A DNA stretch of 46,671 nucleotides, taken from positions 1 to 46,671 of the forward strand of contig JABLTJ010000028.1 in the NCBI GenBank assembly GCA_013166775.1, read 5' to 3'. Below, piece by piece: positions 9,389 through 19,500 of this stretch. The notes beneath the pieces are model-generated. The model worked only from the letters and a program-made list of their open reading frames with translations, was not told where the DNA came from and did no database searches. The stretch is from Promethearchaeati archaeon (GTDB lineage: Archaea > Asgardarchaeota > Heimdallarchaeia > Heimdallarchaeales > Heimdallarchaeaceae). How positions within the stretch are numbered: the first letter of the stretch is position 1; every line of letters starts with the position of its first letter. The position numbers and the translations under genes were made by a program.

Positions 9389-10329
9389 CACAAGTACATG
9401 AAACCAAAGAAATATTTGATAAAATAATGAATGAAATGAGTAAAAGAATTGTAGGAAATGAAACTGTTTTAGAATTGATTTTTGCTTCACTGTTAAGTGA
9501 GGGACATGTACTTCTCGAAGGTGTTCCCGGAATTGCAAAAACACTGATGGCAAGCACTCTGGCTGAAGTAGTTAAGATGGATTTTAAGAGAATCCAATTT
9601 ACAAGCGATTTAATGCCTGCCGATATAACAGGAGGAAACATCTATGAGCGAGAAACAAGTTCTTTTACATTTATAGAAGGACCGGTTTTTACTAACATTT
9701 TATTGACTGACGAGATTAATAGGAGTCCTCCAAAAACACAATCAGCACTCTTAGAAGCTATGCAAGAAAAACAAGTATCTGCTGGGAAGAAAACATACAA
9801 ATTGTCAAAACCATTTATGGTAATAGCAACACAAAATCCAATAGAATCTACTGGGGTATACCCTCTGCCTGAAGCGCAGGTTGATAGATTCTTGGTTAAG
9901 ATTCCGGTTTATCCTCCATCCTTGGATGGGGAGATTGATATGCTTAAAATGAAAAGAGAAAAGATGTTCGCAGATGTAGACGCAGTTACTAAAAGAGATA
10001 CAATTCTGAAATTAATAACAGAAATCGAAAAAAGTGTAGTAGTAAGCAATCAAATTTTGGAATATATAGCAAAACTAGTATTAGCAACAAGATCCATTCA
10101 TTCTCTAGCACTGGGAGCTAGTCCTCGAGGATCAATAGCACTTCTTACATTAAGTAGATCAATCGCAGCTATACGAGGACGAGATTATGTTGAACCAGAT
10201 GATATAAAATCAATATTCTTTCCAGTGATGAATCACCGATTAATTCTCTCTCCAGAAGCAGAAATTGAACAAATTAGAATTGGAGAAATTATACAGAATA
10301 TACTATCAGAAGTTGAAGTTGTTATTTAA
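9385..10329 (+). CDS. moxR: MoxR-family AAA+ ATPase (copy A)
   Basis: Walker A GVPGIAKT, RIQFTSDLMPADITG, Walker B LLTDEINR, ATQNPIE, YPLPEAQVDRF, sensor II GASPRG. Confidence 0.96.
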   Translation: MTQVHETKEIFDKIMNEMSKRIVGNETVLELIFASLLSEGHVLLEGVPGIAKTLMASTLAEVVKMDFKRIQFTSDLMPADITGGNIYERETSSFTFIEGPVFTNILLTDEINRSPPKTQSALLEAMQEKQVSAGKKTYKLSKPFMVIATQNPIESTGVYPLPEAQVDRFLVKIPVYPPSLDGEIDMLKMKREKMFADVDAVTKRDTILKLITEIEKSVVVSNQILEYIAKLVLATRSIHSLALGASPRGSIALLTLSRSIAAIRGRDYVEPDDIKSIFFPVMNHRLILSPEAEIEQIRIGEIIQNILSEVEVVI

Positions 10330-10356
10330 GAAGTGCATACAGGAAGATGAAACTAG

Positions 10357-11739
10357 ATGGAAGCAGCTAAGCATTTTGAGCTAACCAAAAATGGAAAAGC
10401 CTTCATCCTTTTTGGAAGCTTGTTCATAGTTCTAGGTTTAGCTATTGATAACTACCTTCTAGTTGTTCCAGGTTTCATCTTCTGGATTGTTGTAACTTCA
10501 ACTTTTATAAGCTACTTCCAGCATCAGAATCTAAATCTTGATCTTAAATTAAGTGTATCAAAAACTTATATGCGAAGTAGAGGATTGTTGGCAGTAGCTA
10601 CTGAAATCAATAATTCTTCATCTAAAGCTGTAAGATTTAAAATTACTTTAGGTATATCTTTTCATTTTAGAAGTATAAAAACACCAGAAACAGTGTATAT
10701 TAAACTTCAACCAAACGAGACGAAGAAGCTAGTATGGTTATTATTAGCAGTTAGAAGAGGAAGTGCAACAATTGGACCTGCTGAAATTTCTGTAGGACCT
10801 TTCCAAAATCTCTTTGAAAACAAAAGAATTCTAAAAGAAAAAATAAATATTAAAGTACTCCCACAAAGACCTAGAGTTAATATTCCATGGAAAACTAAGA
10901 AAGAACTCCTATTGAAAATGGTTCATGAATTTGCAAAAAGGGTGAAAGGAAGAGGGGATGAGTTTTTCGCTCTTCGCGACTATCTTCCTGGTGATGAAGT
11001 AAAACATATTGATTGGTATGCAACAGCTAGACATGATCGATTAATTAGTAAGGAATTTGAAGATGAGAGAAACCTCCATTTTCTTATTTATCTTGATCTT
11101 GGAGGTACGATGTTTGGACCGAAATTTGAATATGCTCTATCATCTGCAGTCGAACTTTCCTCTCTTATAAGAGGAACCAATCATGATTTAGGAGTTATAG
11201 CGTATTCAAACATTGTAAAACGTTTCATCGTTCCTCAATTGGGTAAAAAAGAACTCTCACTGATGCTCAATCTCTATGACTTAGAAGCAACAGGTGTTCA
11301 GAGTAATTTCATCAATGCAGTTAAGTTTACAAAGAATAACCAACTCTTACATTCTATTGCAATAATCTTCTCTGATTTAGAAGGTGATTTACGCAAGAAA
11401 CTACAAGGATTGCATCTCCTTCAAACAATGGGAAGTCGAGTTATTTTTGTAAATTTTTCCACCTTAGATTTCAATATTTTAGCATCACCAGGTTGGTTAT
11501 TGTCTAAATCTCAAGATATGGATTACAGTCTTGTAATTGAACGTGTATTTCCCAGCTTAGTTAAAGATGAGTACAAAAGACGGGAAAAAGAACTACGAAA
11601 GATTCTCTATTCTGTTGGGGGAGATTATATCGAAATAAATGGGTATGAAGATAACATCATTTTATCTCTTTACAGACTTATGAAGAAATATTCACCAACA
11701 CAAAGATTGGTACAAGAGGCATTGGAGCGATGGACATGA
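10357..11739 (+). CDS. DUF58 / vWA-domain MoxR partner (copy A), degenerate MIDAS
   Basis: N-terminal TM hairpin, Ig-like segment, DUF58 signature GRGDEFFALRDYLPGDEVKHIDWYATAR..KEFEDE. The MIDAS position reads DLGGT. Confidence 0.9.
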   Translation: MEAAKHFELTKNGKAFILFGSLFIVLGLAIDNYLLVVPGFIFWIVVTSTFISYFQHQNLNLDLKLSVSKTYMRSRGLLAVATEINNSSSKAVRFKITLGISFHFRSIKTPETVYIKLQPNETKKLVWLLLAVRRGSATIGPAEISVGPFQNLFENKRILKEKINIKVLPQRPRVNIPWKTKKELLLKMVHEFAKRVKGRGDEFFALRDYLPGDEVKHIDWYATARHDRLISKEFEDERNLHFLIYLDLGGTMFGPKFEYALSSAVELSSLIRGTNHDLGVIAYSNIVKRFIVPQLGKKELSLMLNLYDLEATGVQSNFINAVKFTKNNQLLHSIAIIFSDLEGDLRKKLQGLHLLQTMGSRVIFVNFSTLDFNILASPGWLLSKSQDMDYSLVIERVFPSLVKDEYKRREKELRKILYSVGGDYIEINGYEDNIILSLYRLMKKYSPTQRLVQEALERWT

Positions 11740-12569
11740 GAATCAGAGATAGAATTTTCGAAGAAGAGTGGAAAAAAACTGTGATATCTACTCCTGGTTC
11801 CTCGATATTAGTTGTTGCTCATCTTTTGTTTGGTATATTTGCTACTGCGATTATTATAATTCAATCTGCTTTTAGTTTTAACGTATACATCTTCTCTATT
11901 TGGCTAATCTTTGGTTTAATTATTCTTCTTACAGACCTTTTCAGGGGAAGAAATATTAAACTAAGCTCTGAGCTTGGTTTTGGTTTCTTTTTCATATTAG
12001 GTACAATTCTATCTTTGTTACTTGGTAATGTATACTCAATGTTCTTTCCTGAAAATCTTGGACGAATTGATATTCTTATCTTTCAAATTTCTACTGGTAT
12101 TTGTGTATCAATTCGTTTTCTTATTACTTTCTTTTATGAGGAATTCTTTTCTCAAGAGCAAGAATTTATAGCACCAGACAGTAAATATGCTAAAGAGCAA
12201 ATAGAGCAATATATACTTAATTTAGTAAAAACTGATTTCGAATACAGTGAAATAGAACAGATAGGGCTTTTCGAAAAATGGTGGTATACTTTAAAGAAAA
12301 TGATATGGCCCACTATTAGTGTTTCTATTCTTATTACTCTAGCAGCTCTTTATTCTCTTCTAATCTACTATATAATTCCCAACGATGCAATATCTGAATT
12401 AATAATCGTTCCTTCTCTGATTATTGCAGCAATATTGTATTCCATACTTCTTATTAGGTTAAATGACGTTATTCCAAAAATGCAAGAGAAAGAGAAAAAA
12501 ATCCTTGAGTCTGAAGAATGGGAAGAAGATTTATTAGAAGAAATAAATGAGGAGATTGTATCTTCCTAA
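11730..12569 (+). CDS. Polytopic membrane protein with acidic C-terminal tail (last gene of operon A)
   Basis: About 6 hydrophobic segments; tail ESEEWEEDLLEEINEEIVSS; overlaps the upstream stop (start at 11730 or 11736). Confidence 0.72.
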   Translation: MDMRIRDRIFEEEWKKTVISTPGSSILVVAHLLFGIFATAIIIIQSAFSFNVYIFSIWLIFGLIILLTDLFRGRNIKLSSELGFGFFFILGTILSLLLGNVYSMFFPENLGRIDILIFQISTGICVSIRFLITFFYEEFFSQEQEFIAPDSKYAKEQIEQYILNLVKTDFEYSEIEQIGLFEKWWYTLKKMIWPTISVSILITLAALYSLLIYYIIPNDAISELIIVPSLIIAAILYSILLIRLNDVIPKMQEKEKKILESEEWEEDLLEEINEEIVSS

Positions 12570-12577
12570 TTAATATC

Positions 12578-13270
12578 CTATCTCTTTTTGTTTCCTTTTA
12601 ACTCCTCTATAGTAGATGCCTTCCCACAAGATTTATCGTTTTCTGGGCAGTATCCATAAAAATCACAGAATGCTCCTGCTTTCCTAAAGATAATTGGGGA
12701 CACTTTTCTTACTTCTTCAAGCATTCTCTCTGCTAATTCCCTAATTTCCCACTGCGAGCGCTCGCAAATTCTTACTGCTAAGAAATCAATTAATGCATGA
12801 GCATTCATTGAAACTATTAACTGAGTAGACGTAGCATTTGGTAAAATGTAACGAGCATCTTCTCTCTTAATTCCTACTTTTATCATCTTTTGATATAGCA
12901 AATGACTTTGTTTAATCAAATCTTCATATTCTCCCCCATATTTAGATTTCTTAATTGCTTCAGGAGTGATATATACGAAATTATCAGCGTTAACATATCT
13001 TTGAGATTGTTGGGAAAAACTGGCGATTCTTTTTCTTACTAATTGATGTGAGGTTGTTCTGCTGATGCCTGTAACATAAAAAACATACATGTTATGCTCG
13101 ATGATTGATAGATGACCATCTTGAATTATCTTGCTCAAATATTCATCTGTTTTGATTTTTGCTTTGTTTCTTATCTCCCAAAGATTATTTTCAGCTGAAT
13201 AACAAATTAAACCAGCCATTTTAGCAATCATTTCAGATTCGGGAGTATAAGATATAAGTTCAACTTGAAT
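12578..13270 (-). CDS. thyX: FAD-dependent thymidylate synthase ThyX (probable ATT start; first ATG is at 13231)
   Basis: GHLSIIEH, GISRTTSHQLVRKRIASFSQQSQRY, EDARYILPNA, SQWEIRELA. The in-frame upstream codons give IQVELISYTPE, which matches the usual ThyX N-terminus. Confidence 0.93.
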   Translation of the reverse strand: MQVELISYTPESEMIAKMAGLICYSAENNLWEIRNKAKIKTDEYLSKIIQDGHLSIIEHNMYVFYVTGISRTTSHQLVRKRIASFSQQSQRYVNADNFVYITPEAIKKSKYGGEYEDLIKQSHLLYQKMIKVGIKREDARYILPNATSTQLIVSMNAHALIDFLAVRICERSQWEIRELAERMLEEVRKVSPIIFRKAGAFCDFYGYCPENDKSCGKASTIEELKGNKKR

Positions 13271-13556
13271 AAGATCACTACCTTGATTAGCTATCTGAAT
13301 TACTAAGTAATCGTATTTGACTTCTTTTTTAATGAATGTATGACATTGCTTTTTTTACTCTGTAATTTGATTTCAATATTATAACAATATTTCAATATTT
13401 AATCCTAAAAAAATTAAACTAAAGTAGATTTACTATTAAAAATCGATTTCCTTTTTACAAGTATTTATATCACAAAAAGTTTTTGAATAAAGTGGAGCTA
13501 TAGAGTCAATAGGGTAACATCGGGTACTCTGGGTATTGTGTAGTTGAGGTTGCAAG

Positions 13557-16500
13557 ATGTCCACAGAAGAACCAAAACAGTCGAAACAACTTAAAGCTGG
13601 GGTGAAACTAAAGACTAAACCAGCAGTTGTGCCAAAAAAACGCAAAATGAAAACAAAAGGAGATATGTTACCCATAGCTGCTTTGGTTCCAAGAGGTATT
13701 TCTAAGTGGAACATTATTTTTACAGTTTTGTTTTCTGGACTTCTAGCAGCAACTATTGTCAACAGCTATTTCAAAGAATTTTTAGTTATTCCACTTCCAA
13801 ATTTTATATTAAAAATAATAGTCCCCATAATTATTGGCATTGAAGTATTCCTAATTTTAATTGCTTTTGAAACATACAAGGTGAAATTTACTCCAAACAT
13901 TTTGAGAGTAATTATTACTATAATAACCATCCTAGTTCTTTTCCCAATTACATTATTCAAATATCATACAAGACATAGTGTCAAAAGAATAGTGTTCACA
14001 GGATTGATACTTTGGTCACTTGTATTCTCCTTCTTCTCTCCATATTTTGGAATGATTGGTAAAATAAGAGATTTAGAAGATGGGATAGCTGAGCAAAATG
14101 TTGATCAAAGCTGGTTTGAGAATCTTTTCCAAGGATCTGCACCTTTTTACATTGATGGATTATTAGACCTTTTAGATTCTCTTGATCTTAATGATACTTT
14201 AGCCAATCAAGAAATGGCTCAGGTACGAGCAGAAACGGGTTCTTTGGGAAACTATCTTTATCGTTGGGAAATAAATGATTACTACAATCCAACTACGTGG
14301 GAATTTGAAGGAAATAATGCTCAAAGATTCACTTTAGAACCAACAGATTATGGCCAGCCTGGAGCTGCTTCCATTACAGACTTGAATATAACAGAAACAA
14401 TTTATTCTACAACCTCTTTATACTCTCAAGCAATAGATGCAAATCTATTAACAACATGGAGCAGTTATTTTGATCCTCATCTCTATGATGTAACTCCTAC
14501 ATATAGCTGGGATGATTTTCTCAGAGATGAAAATGGAACTGCATCAGCAGAAGCTGGATCCACTAATATTAGATTTAATTCCAGAGATCAACTGACCTTA
14601 GAAAGCATAGCAAACGCAATAGGTTTTCTAGGTACTTATAATTACAAAACATATTTTGCTTTAGACTCAGAAGCTGATAAACAAGCGATAAAGGATAACA
14701 GTCTAAGTTTTACAGATTTGGTAGTAAATGATTCTACCTTTCAAACAGATTTTAGCAATTTCTTACAGAAACCATCCGGTTATGAAACACTCTCACCTAA
14801 TGTGCACAGGAACTCTCTAGATTGGGCAATTGCTGGAGTAAATAATGGTTTCACAATTTATGAACAAATAACTTACATTCTAGATCAAATCTTAATAGCG
14901 GGAGGTTTTCCAACATCAGCAGATTCAGATAATCAGGGACAAGACAGAGCAGAACGTTTCTGGGCAGTAGATGACAGATCCTTCACAGCATTTCTCGCTG
15001 CAACAGTTATGGCATTGAGATGGAATAATATCCCAGCTCGTCCCGTATTTGGGTTTGCAATTGGTGAAGACATAGGGGGAGTTCCTAATCATAGAAGTTT
15101 AACATTATCGCATTTATATGGATGGATTGAAGCCATTATTCCAGTGGGTGCTGGAAATTATCGTTGGGGACAATTCCAGATTGGTCCTTATCCTTCTGGT
15201 GGGGATTTGATTTACTGTGAAAACACCCTATACTCATCTTACAATGTTTCAGTGGAATTTTTATCTGTGATTCCCCAAGATCCTGGAATAGGAGAAGAAG
15301 TATATGTTATCGATAATTATGTTGATTATACTCTCCGTGCGACAGTAACTAGCGAAGGTTCTCCAGTTGTAGGAGCTTCAGTTCAATTTGAAACAATTAG
15401 TACAGCAGATTATCAAGCAGCCCAATCCAATCCTACAGAATTATTATCTCTTACTAGAGGACTTGGAAGTGATGTAACAGATGGTTTTGGATATGCTGCA
15501 ATCACTTATGATTTCGATCATGTAAATTATACGGTGCTTAATTTTGCAGACCAAGAAGCAACGTCCTATATACTTATAGCTTACATTAGTCTAGCATCTA
15601 TAGGTGGGGCAGGATTTGTTGTTATTCCGGAAGGATATTTATCTGCTTTAGCAATGAACACTTCGAAACAAGTTCTTCCAAATCCACAAAATATAACTGA
15701 ATATTATGATTATTATATTGTTCAAAAGGGACGGAGTTATCAAATCTCAACCATACTCTATGAGGATGTCGCTCATACAACGGTTCTAACGGATAGAGTT
15801 GTCTCCTACTATGTTCTAACGCAGGATGATCTCACAGAGCTCTTATTTGGCATCTTAGATCCACAAATTCTACTAGATAACAAAATTGGGGTAGCATTTA
15901 CTGATTGGCAAGGAAACTCTACCCTTCAAACGAATGATACTTTTGACTCTTTACTTACGGGTACAACGTATTTCTTAGCAGCTTCATATGGTGCTAATTA
16001 TACCTACTCTGTAATGTTGATTGTTCAAGCAGAAAAATCTACGATAGATATTAATTCAACAGATTTAGATAATTTCGAATTAGATATTTACTTGTATACT
16101 GAACCTCTTGGAGGATCAGCAGATAAATTAGCAAATGAACCACTGGAAGTGTGGATTGCTCCCGAAAGCGATTATTCATCTTTTGTTGGAACAGAACCAG
16201 ATGATTTGAAATCTCATCTTCTAGCTGCTAATTCAACTGGACCTTTTTGCCAAATTGTTACTCTCCCAGGAGCTACAACCGATTCCAATGGCTTTTACAA
16301 TGATACTTTTACTGTATCATCTTCAAATTATGGTACGGGTTTCTTCGTTGTCATAGTGTTTTATTTATCAACCTGGAACACGACTAGTGCGTTTTTAATA
16401 GGAAGTGGTCCTGTATGGTTAGTAGACCCAATAAGCCCTAATTTTGGAGTATCAATATTTGATGCTTCAGTCATGGTAAACAATTATTCATCTATAAGCA

Positions 16501-16586
16501 ATTTTGATGTTGTTGCAGTGACATTAGTAGTGCATCTGGATTCTTCGATATCCATAAAAATAGTAGAGGTGGAAGAATGGCACTGA
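13557..16586 (+). CDS. Membrane-anchored transglutaminase-like (TGL) domain protein with Ig-like repeats; predicted catalytically inactive
   Basis: About 4 N-terminal TMs; TGL scaffold AFLAATVMALRWNNIPARPVFGFAIG..GWIEA; invasin-like motifs (GSPVVGASVQF..VTDGFG, FTDWQGN, TTDSNGFY); many NxS/T sequons. Confidence 0.78.
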   Translation: MSTEEPKQSKQLKAGVKLKTKPAVVPKKRKMKTKGDMLPIAALVPRGISKWNIIFTVLFSGLLAATIVNSYFKEFLVIPLPNFILKIIVPIIIGIEVFLILIAFETYKVKFTPNILRVIITIITILVLFPITLFKYHTRHSVKRIVFTGLILWSLVFSFFSPYFGMIGKIRDLEDGIAEQNVDQSWFENLFQGSAPFYIDGLLDLLDSLDLNDTLANQEMAQVRAETGSLGNYLYRWEINDYYNPTTWEFEGNNAQRFTLEPTDYGQPGAASITDLNITETIYSTTSLYSQAIDANLLTTWSSYFDPHLYDVTPTYSWDDFLRDENGTASAEAGSTNIRFNSRDQLTLESIANAIGFLGTYNYKTYFALDSEADKQAIKDNSLSFTDLVVNDSTFQTDFSNFLQKPSGYETLSPNVHRNSLDWAIAGVNNGFTIYEQITYILDQILIAGGFPTSADSDNQGQDRAERFWAVDDRSFTAFLAATVMALRWNNIPARPVFGFAIGEDIGGVPNHRSLTLSHLYGWIEAIIPVGAGNYRWGQFQIGPYPSGGDLIYCENTLYSSYNVSVEFLSVIPQDPGIGEEVYVIDNYVDYTLRATVTSEGSPVVGASVQFETISTADYQAAQSNPTELLSLTRGLGSDVTDGFGYAAITYDFDHVNYTVLNFADQEATSYILIAYISLASIGGAGFVVIPEGYLSALAMNTSKQVLPNPQNITEYYDYYIVQKGRSYQISTILYEDVAHTTVLTDRVVSYYVLTQDDLTELLFGILDPQILLDNKIGVAFTDWQGNSTLQTNDTFDSLLTGTTYFLAASYGANYTYSVMLIVQAEKSTIDINSTDLDNFELDIYLYTEPLGGSADKLANEPLEVWIAPESDYSSFVGTEPDDLKSHLLAANSTGPFCQIVTLPGATTDSNGFYNDTFTVSSSNYGTGFFVVIVFYLSTWNTTSAFLIGSGPVWLVDPISPNFGVSIFDASVMVNNYSSISNFDVVAVTLVVHLDSSISIKIVEVEEWH

Positions 16587-19500
16587 CATTTAACAAAATC
16601 TTTACGATTATTTTCGTACTCGGTATTCTAACATCAAATATACTGACCGTACTTCCATCATCTGAAGAATCAGATGAGAAAATAAATTCTTTCAATCAAT
16701 ATTCAGATTTTCTGAATAATCAAGATTTTCTGCTAAGTAATCAAAAAAGTCACAGTCACAGTAATTATTATGCTGCTAATCATTTAACTGATAACTTGGA
16801 AGAAGATATAGAAAAAACCTCAATCAAATGTACATCTCCGATTATGGAAGATTTAATCATAGAAAGACGACAGAGCTTTATTGATCAAGAACCTAGTATT
16901 AAAAAATCTGTTAGTGATCCAACAAATTATACAGAATTTTATCGGGGAGATAATATTGATATTGCAGGAAAGTTATGGGATGGGGTTACATTCTGGGAAG
17001 GTGAAACTGTTGAAATATATTATAACATCACTCAAGCCCAGTTTTTGTCTGATATAACAGGTTATAGAGCTTCTATTTATCGTATTCAAGATGTTGTAAC
17101 TGATTCATTTGGGAACTTTACTTACAGTATCCCAACTTCAGATCTTTCAATTGATATTACTTCAAAAGTTGGAGATATAACAATTTTCACCTGGTTTAAC
17201 GGAAACTATCCAGAAGGAAGATTTGCGGGGAGTCCTGGAGAAGCTATTGTCACCGTGTATGGACAAGTAAGGTTAGATGTTACGCCAACTGTTGGAAACA
17301 GAGATTCTCCTTATTCATTCTATGTAGAACTTAATTTTGAAAATGGTACAAGAGCACCAACTTCTGGAACCAATTTTAATATTAAAGTAGAATGGACTGA
17401 AGCGGGAGAAACACACGTGGATGATATAAGAACTTTTACTGGATCAAATGATTTTCTCTATACAAATACTGCTCCTTTAGCTATTAGCAATGTAACGTGT
17501 GATACATCTTATGCTTTAGCAAACTTGCCCTTTTTCAATTTCAAAGTGTTCGGAGATTCTACGATGAGTGAGACAGTAGTTACTAACACAACCATTAGAG
17601 AAACATATGACAAGGCAGAAGTCAAGGCTTACTATGATACAGGAACTATTCTTGATGATTCTCGAATTGATGTAGCTTTAGATTCTTTCATCATACTATA
17701 TGCGAATGTATCCAACTCAACACAAGCAATGGGTGCAGGTTATACAGTGACTATCGATTTTTATAATAGCTCAGGTCTATATAATAGCACAGATGTTTTT
17801 ACAAATTCAAGTGGTGAGATAACTACAATTCATTATATAGACCATAACAATTTTCCAACTATTACAGGTTTAGACAATTTTTACATAAGATTTAACCTTA
17901 ATCCAAGCGAATTTCCAATACTAATTCAAGGAGATATTCTGAGAGCAGATCTGACGGTAAATATTGGGTCTGTAGAAGTATCAATAGATGATCCTACTAG
18001 CTTCTACACATCAGGTCTTGATATTGATTTTGGCTTAGTTGTTAAAGATGAGTTTGGCAGAATTCTACCTTATGCTGACTTCTCAATAGCATTTCCTGGT
18101 TATGGAGTTTTTTCTGATACTGCAGGTTCATCAGGAATCTATAACACCTCTAATACTATCCCTATTTACATACTTGCTGAACAAACTGATACAAAAACAA
18201 TCATTGTTGATGCTTTAGCAAAAACAGCAACTTACTATAAATATCTTTTACCTGGTGCAACACAAGGATCTGATCTATTTAATATGTACTACTCTCTAAC
18301 TCTTGAACTTCGTGGGGAGTACGATCCAGACACAATTACTGATGGAGAAGATGTTGATTTCTGGAACAATACTTATTACTCAATCTTTAATCCTGGCTCT
18401 TATAATCTAACTGTAACTGATCAATCTGGGAGGAATCCAATTGGAGCACCATTTAGTATCACTTTTGAAGGAAAAACTATTTCAGGTACAGTTACTTCTT
18501 TAAACAATATTATTTTTCTCTCACTTAGTTTTGATATACTAGGATATGAATCTGATTCAGGTGTGGATCTTTCAGTAGCAGGAATCTATGTTCTTCAAGC
18601 AACAGCGGGTGAGGGTGATTATGCTTCAGGTAACACAATTACACAGAATATAAACATTTATGGGCCAGATAATGATGCACCAACAATAACTTTTGTAGGT
18701 TTATCACCTGATCCTTATGATCCAGGAATTCATGATCCTTATTATAATATCACAGTAACAGTAGCTGCATCTGATGTAGGTTCAGGGATAAGATATGTAG
18801 AAATATATTATAGAATTTTAGAAGAAGATAATTCTACTGTATCTGTAGGTTGGACCCCTGTAAAAATGAACTTTATGGGTGGAGATATTTATGAGTTAGT
18901 AATAAATACAACTCTAAGTGATGCACAATATTATGTTCAATATTATATTATAGCAAAAGATTATGCAGGACATGGTCTTGATGATTTAGGTGCAAAACAG
19001 ACTAATCCCATCTATTATTATGATATTGGTTTTGGATTAGAAGATATGGTATACTCACAATCTCTACCTGATTTCTATCAAGTTGGGGATATAGCTAAAC
19101 CTATAGAAGAAGCTGCTCCTACCATAGTTGATTCGCTTGATCCCCTAAATCCTTATCTCAATATCACTGTGTATGTAAATGATACTCAAATATATAGTGG
19201 AATGGCATCTGTAGCTCTAGACGTTTATGTTTTTGATAATGCTACAGGTTTAGAGGTGGATAATTATCAAGTAGATATGGTAAATAATCCTGGAACTAAT
19301 GAATGGTTTTATCAACTTCAAGGAGTTTACAACAGCGATATTATATGGCGCTATGTTGCACGTGATGGTGCATCACCACTCCCTAATAATTTATTTGGAT
19401 CCCAAATGGTTTATTCTGTCGTTGAGTTCACTCCACCAACGATTAGTAATATATTTTTGGATTATAATGGAACAGTTGTTCTACATGATAGTTTGATAAT

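Noticed and set aside
12578-13270. thyX as a mobile or viral insertion between the twin operons
   Set aside because: I saw no integrase, transposase, terminal repeats, target-site duplication or obvious compositional shift.
13436-13762. 108-aa minus-strand ORF overlapping the start of the TGL-like gene
   Set aside because: Mostly antisense to a strong gene and its promoter, with no recognisable features.
16577-16586. Possibility that 13557-16586 and 16577-20251 are one frameshifted giant gene
   Set aside because: The second ORF has its own SD (GAGGTGG), ATG and signal peptide. A 10-nt overlap is normal coupling in this window.
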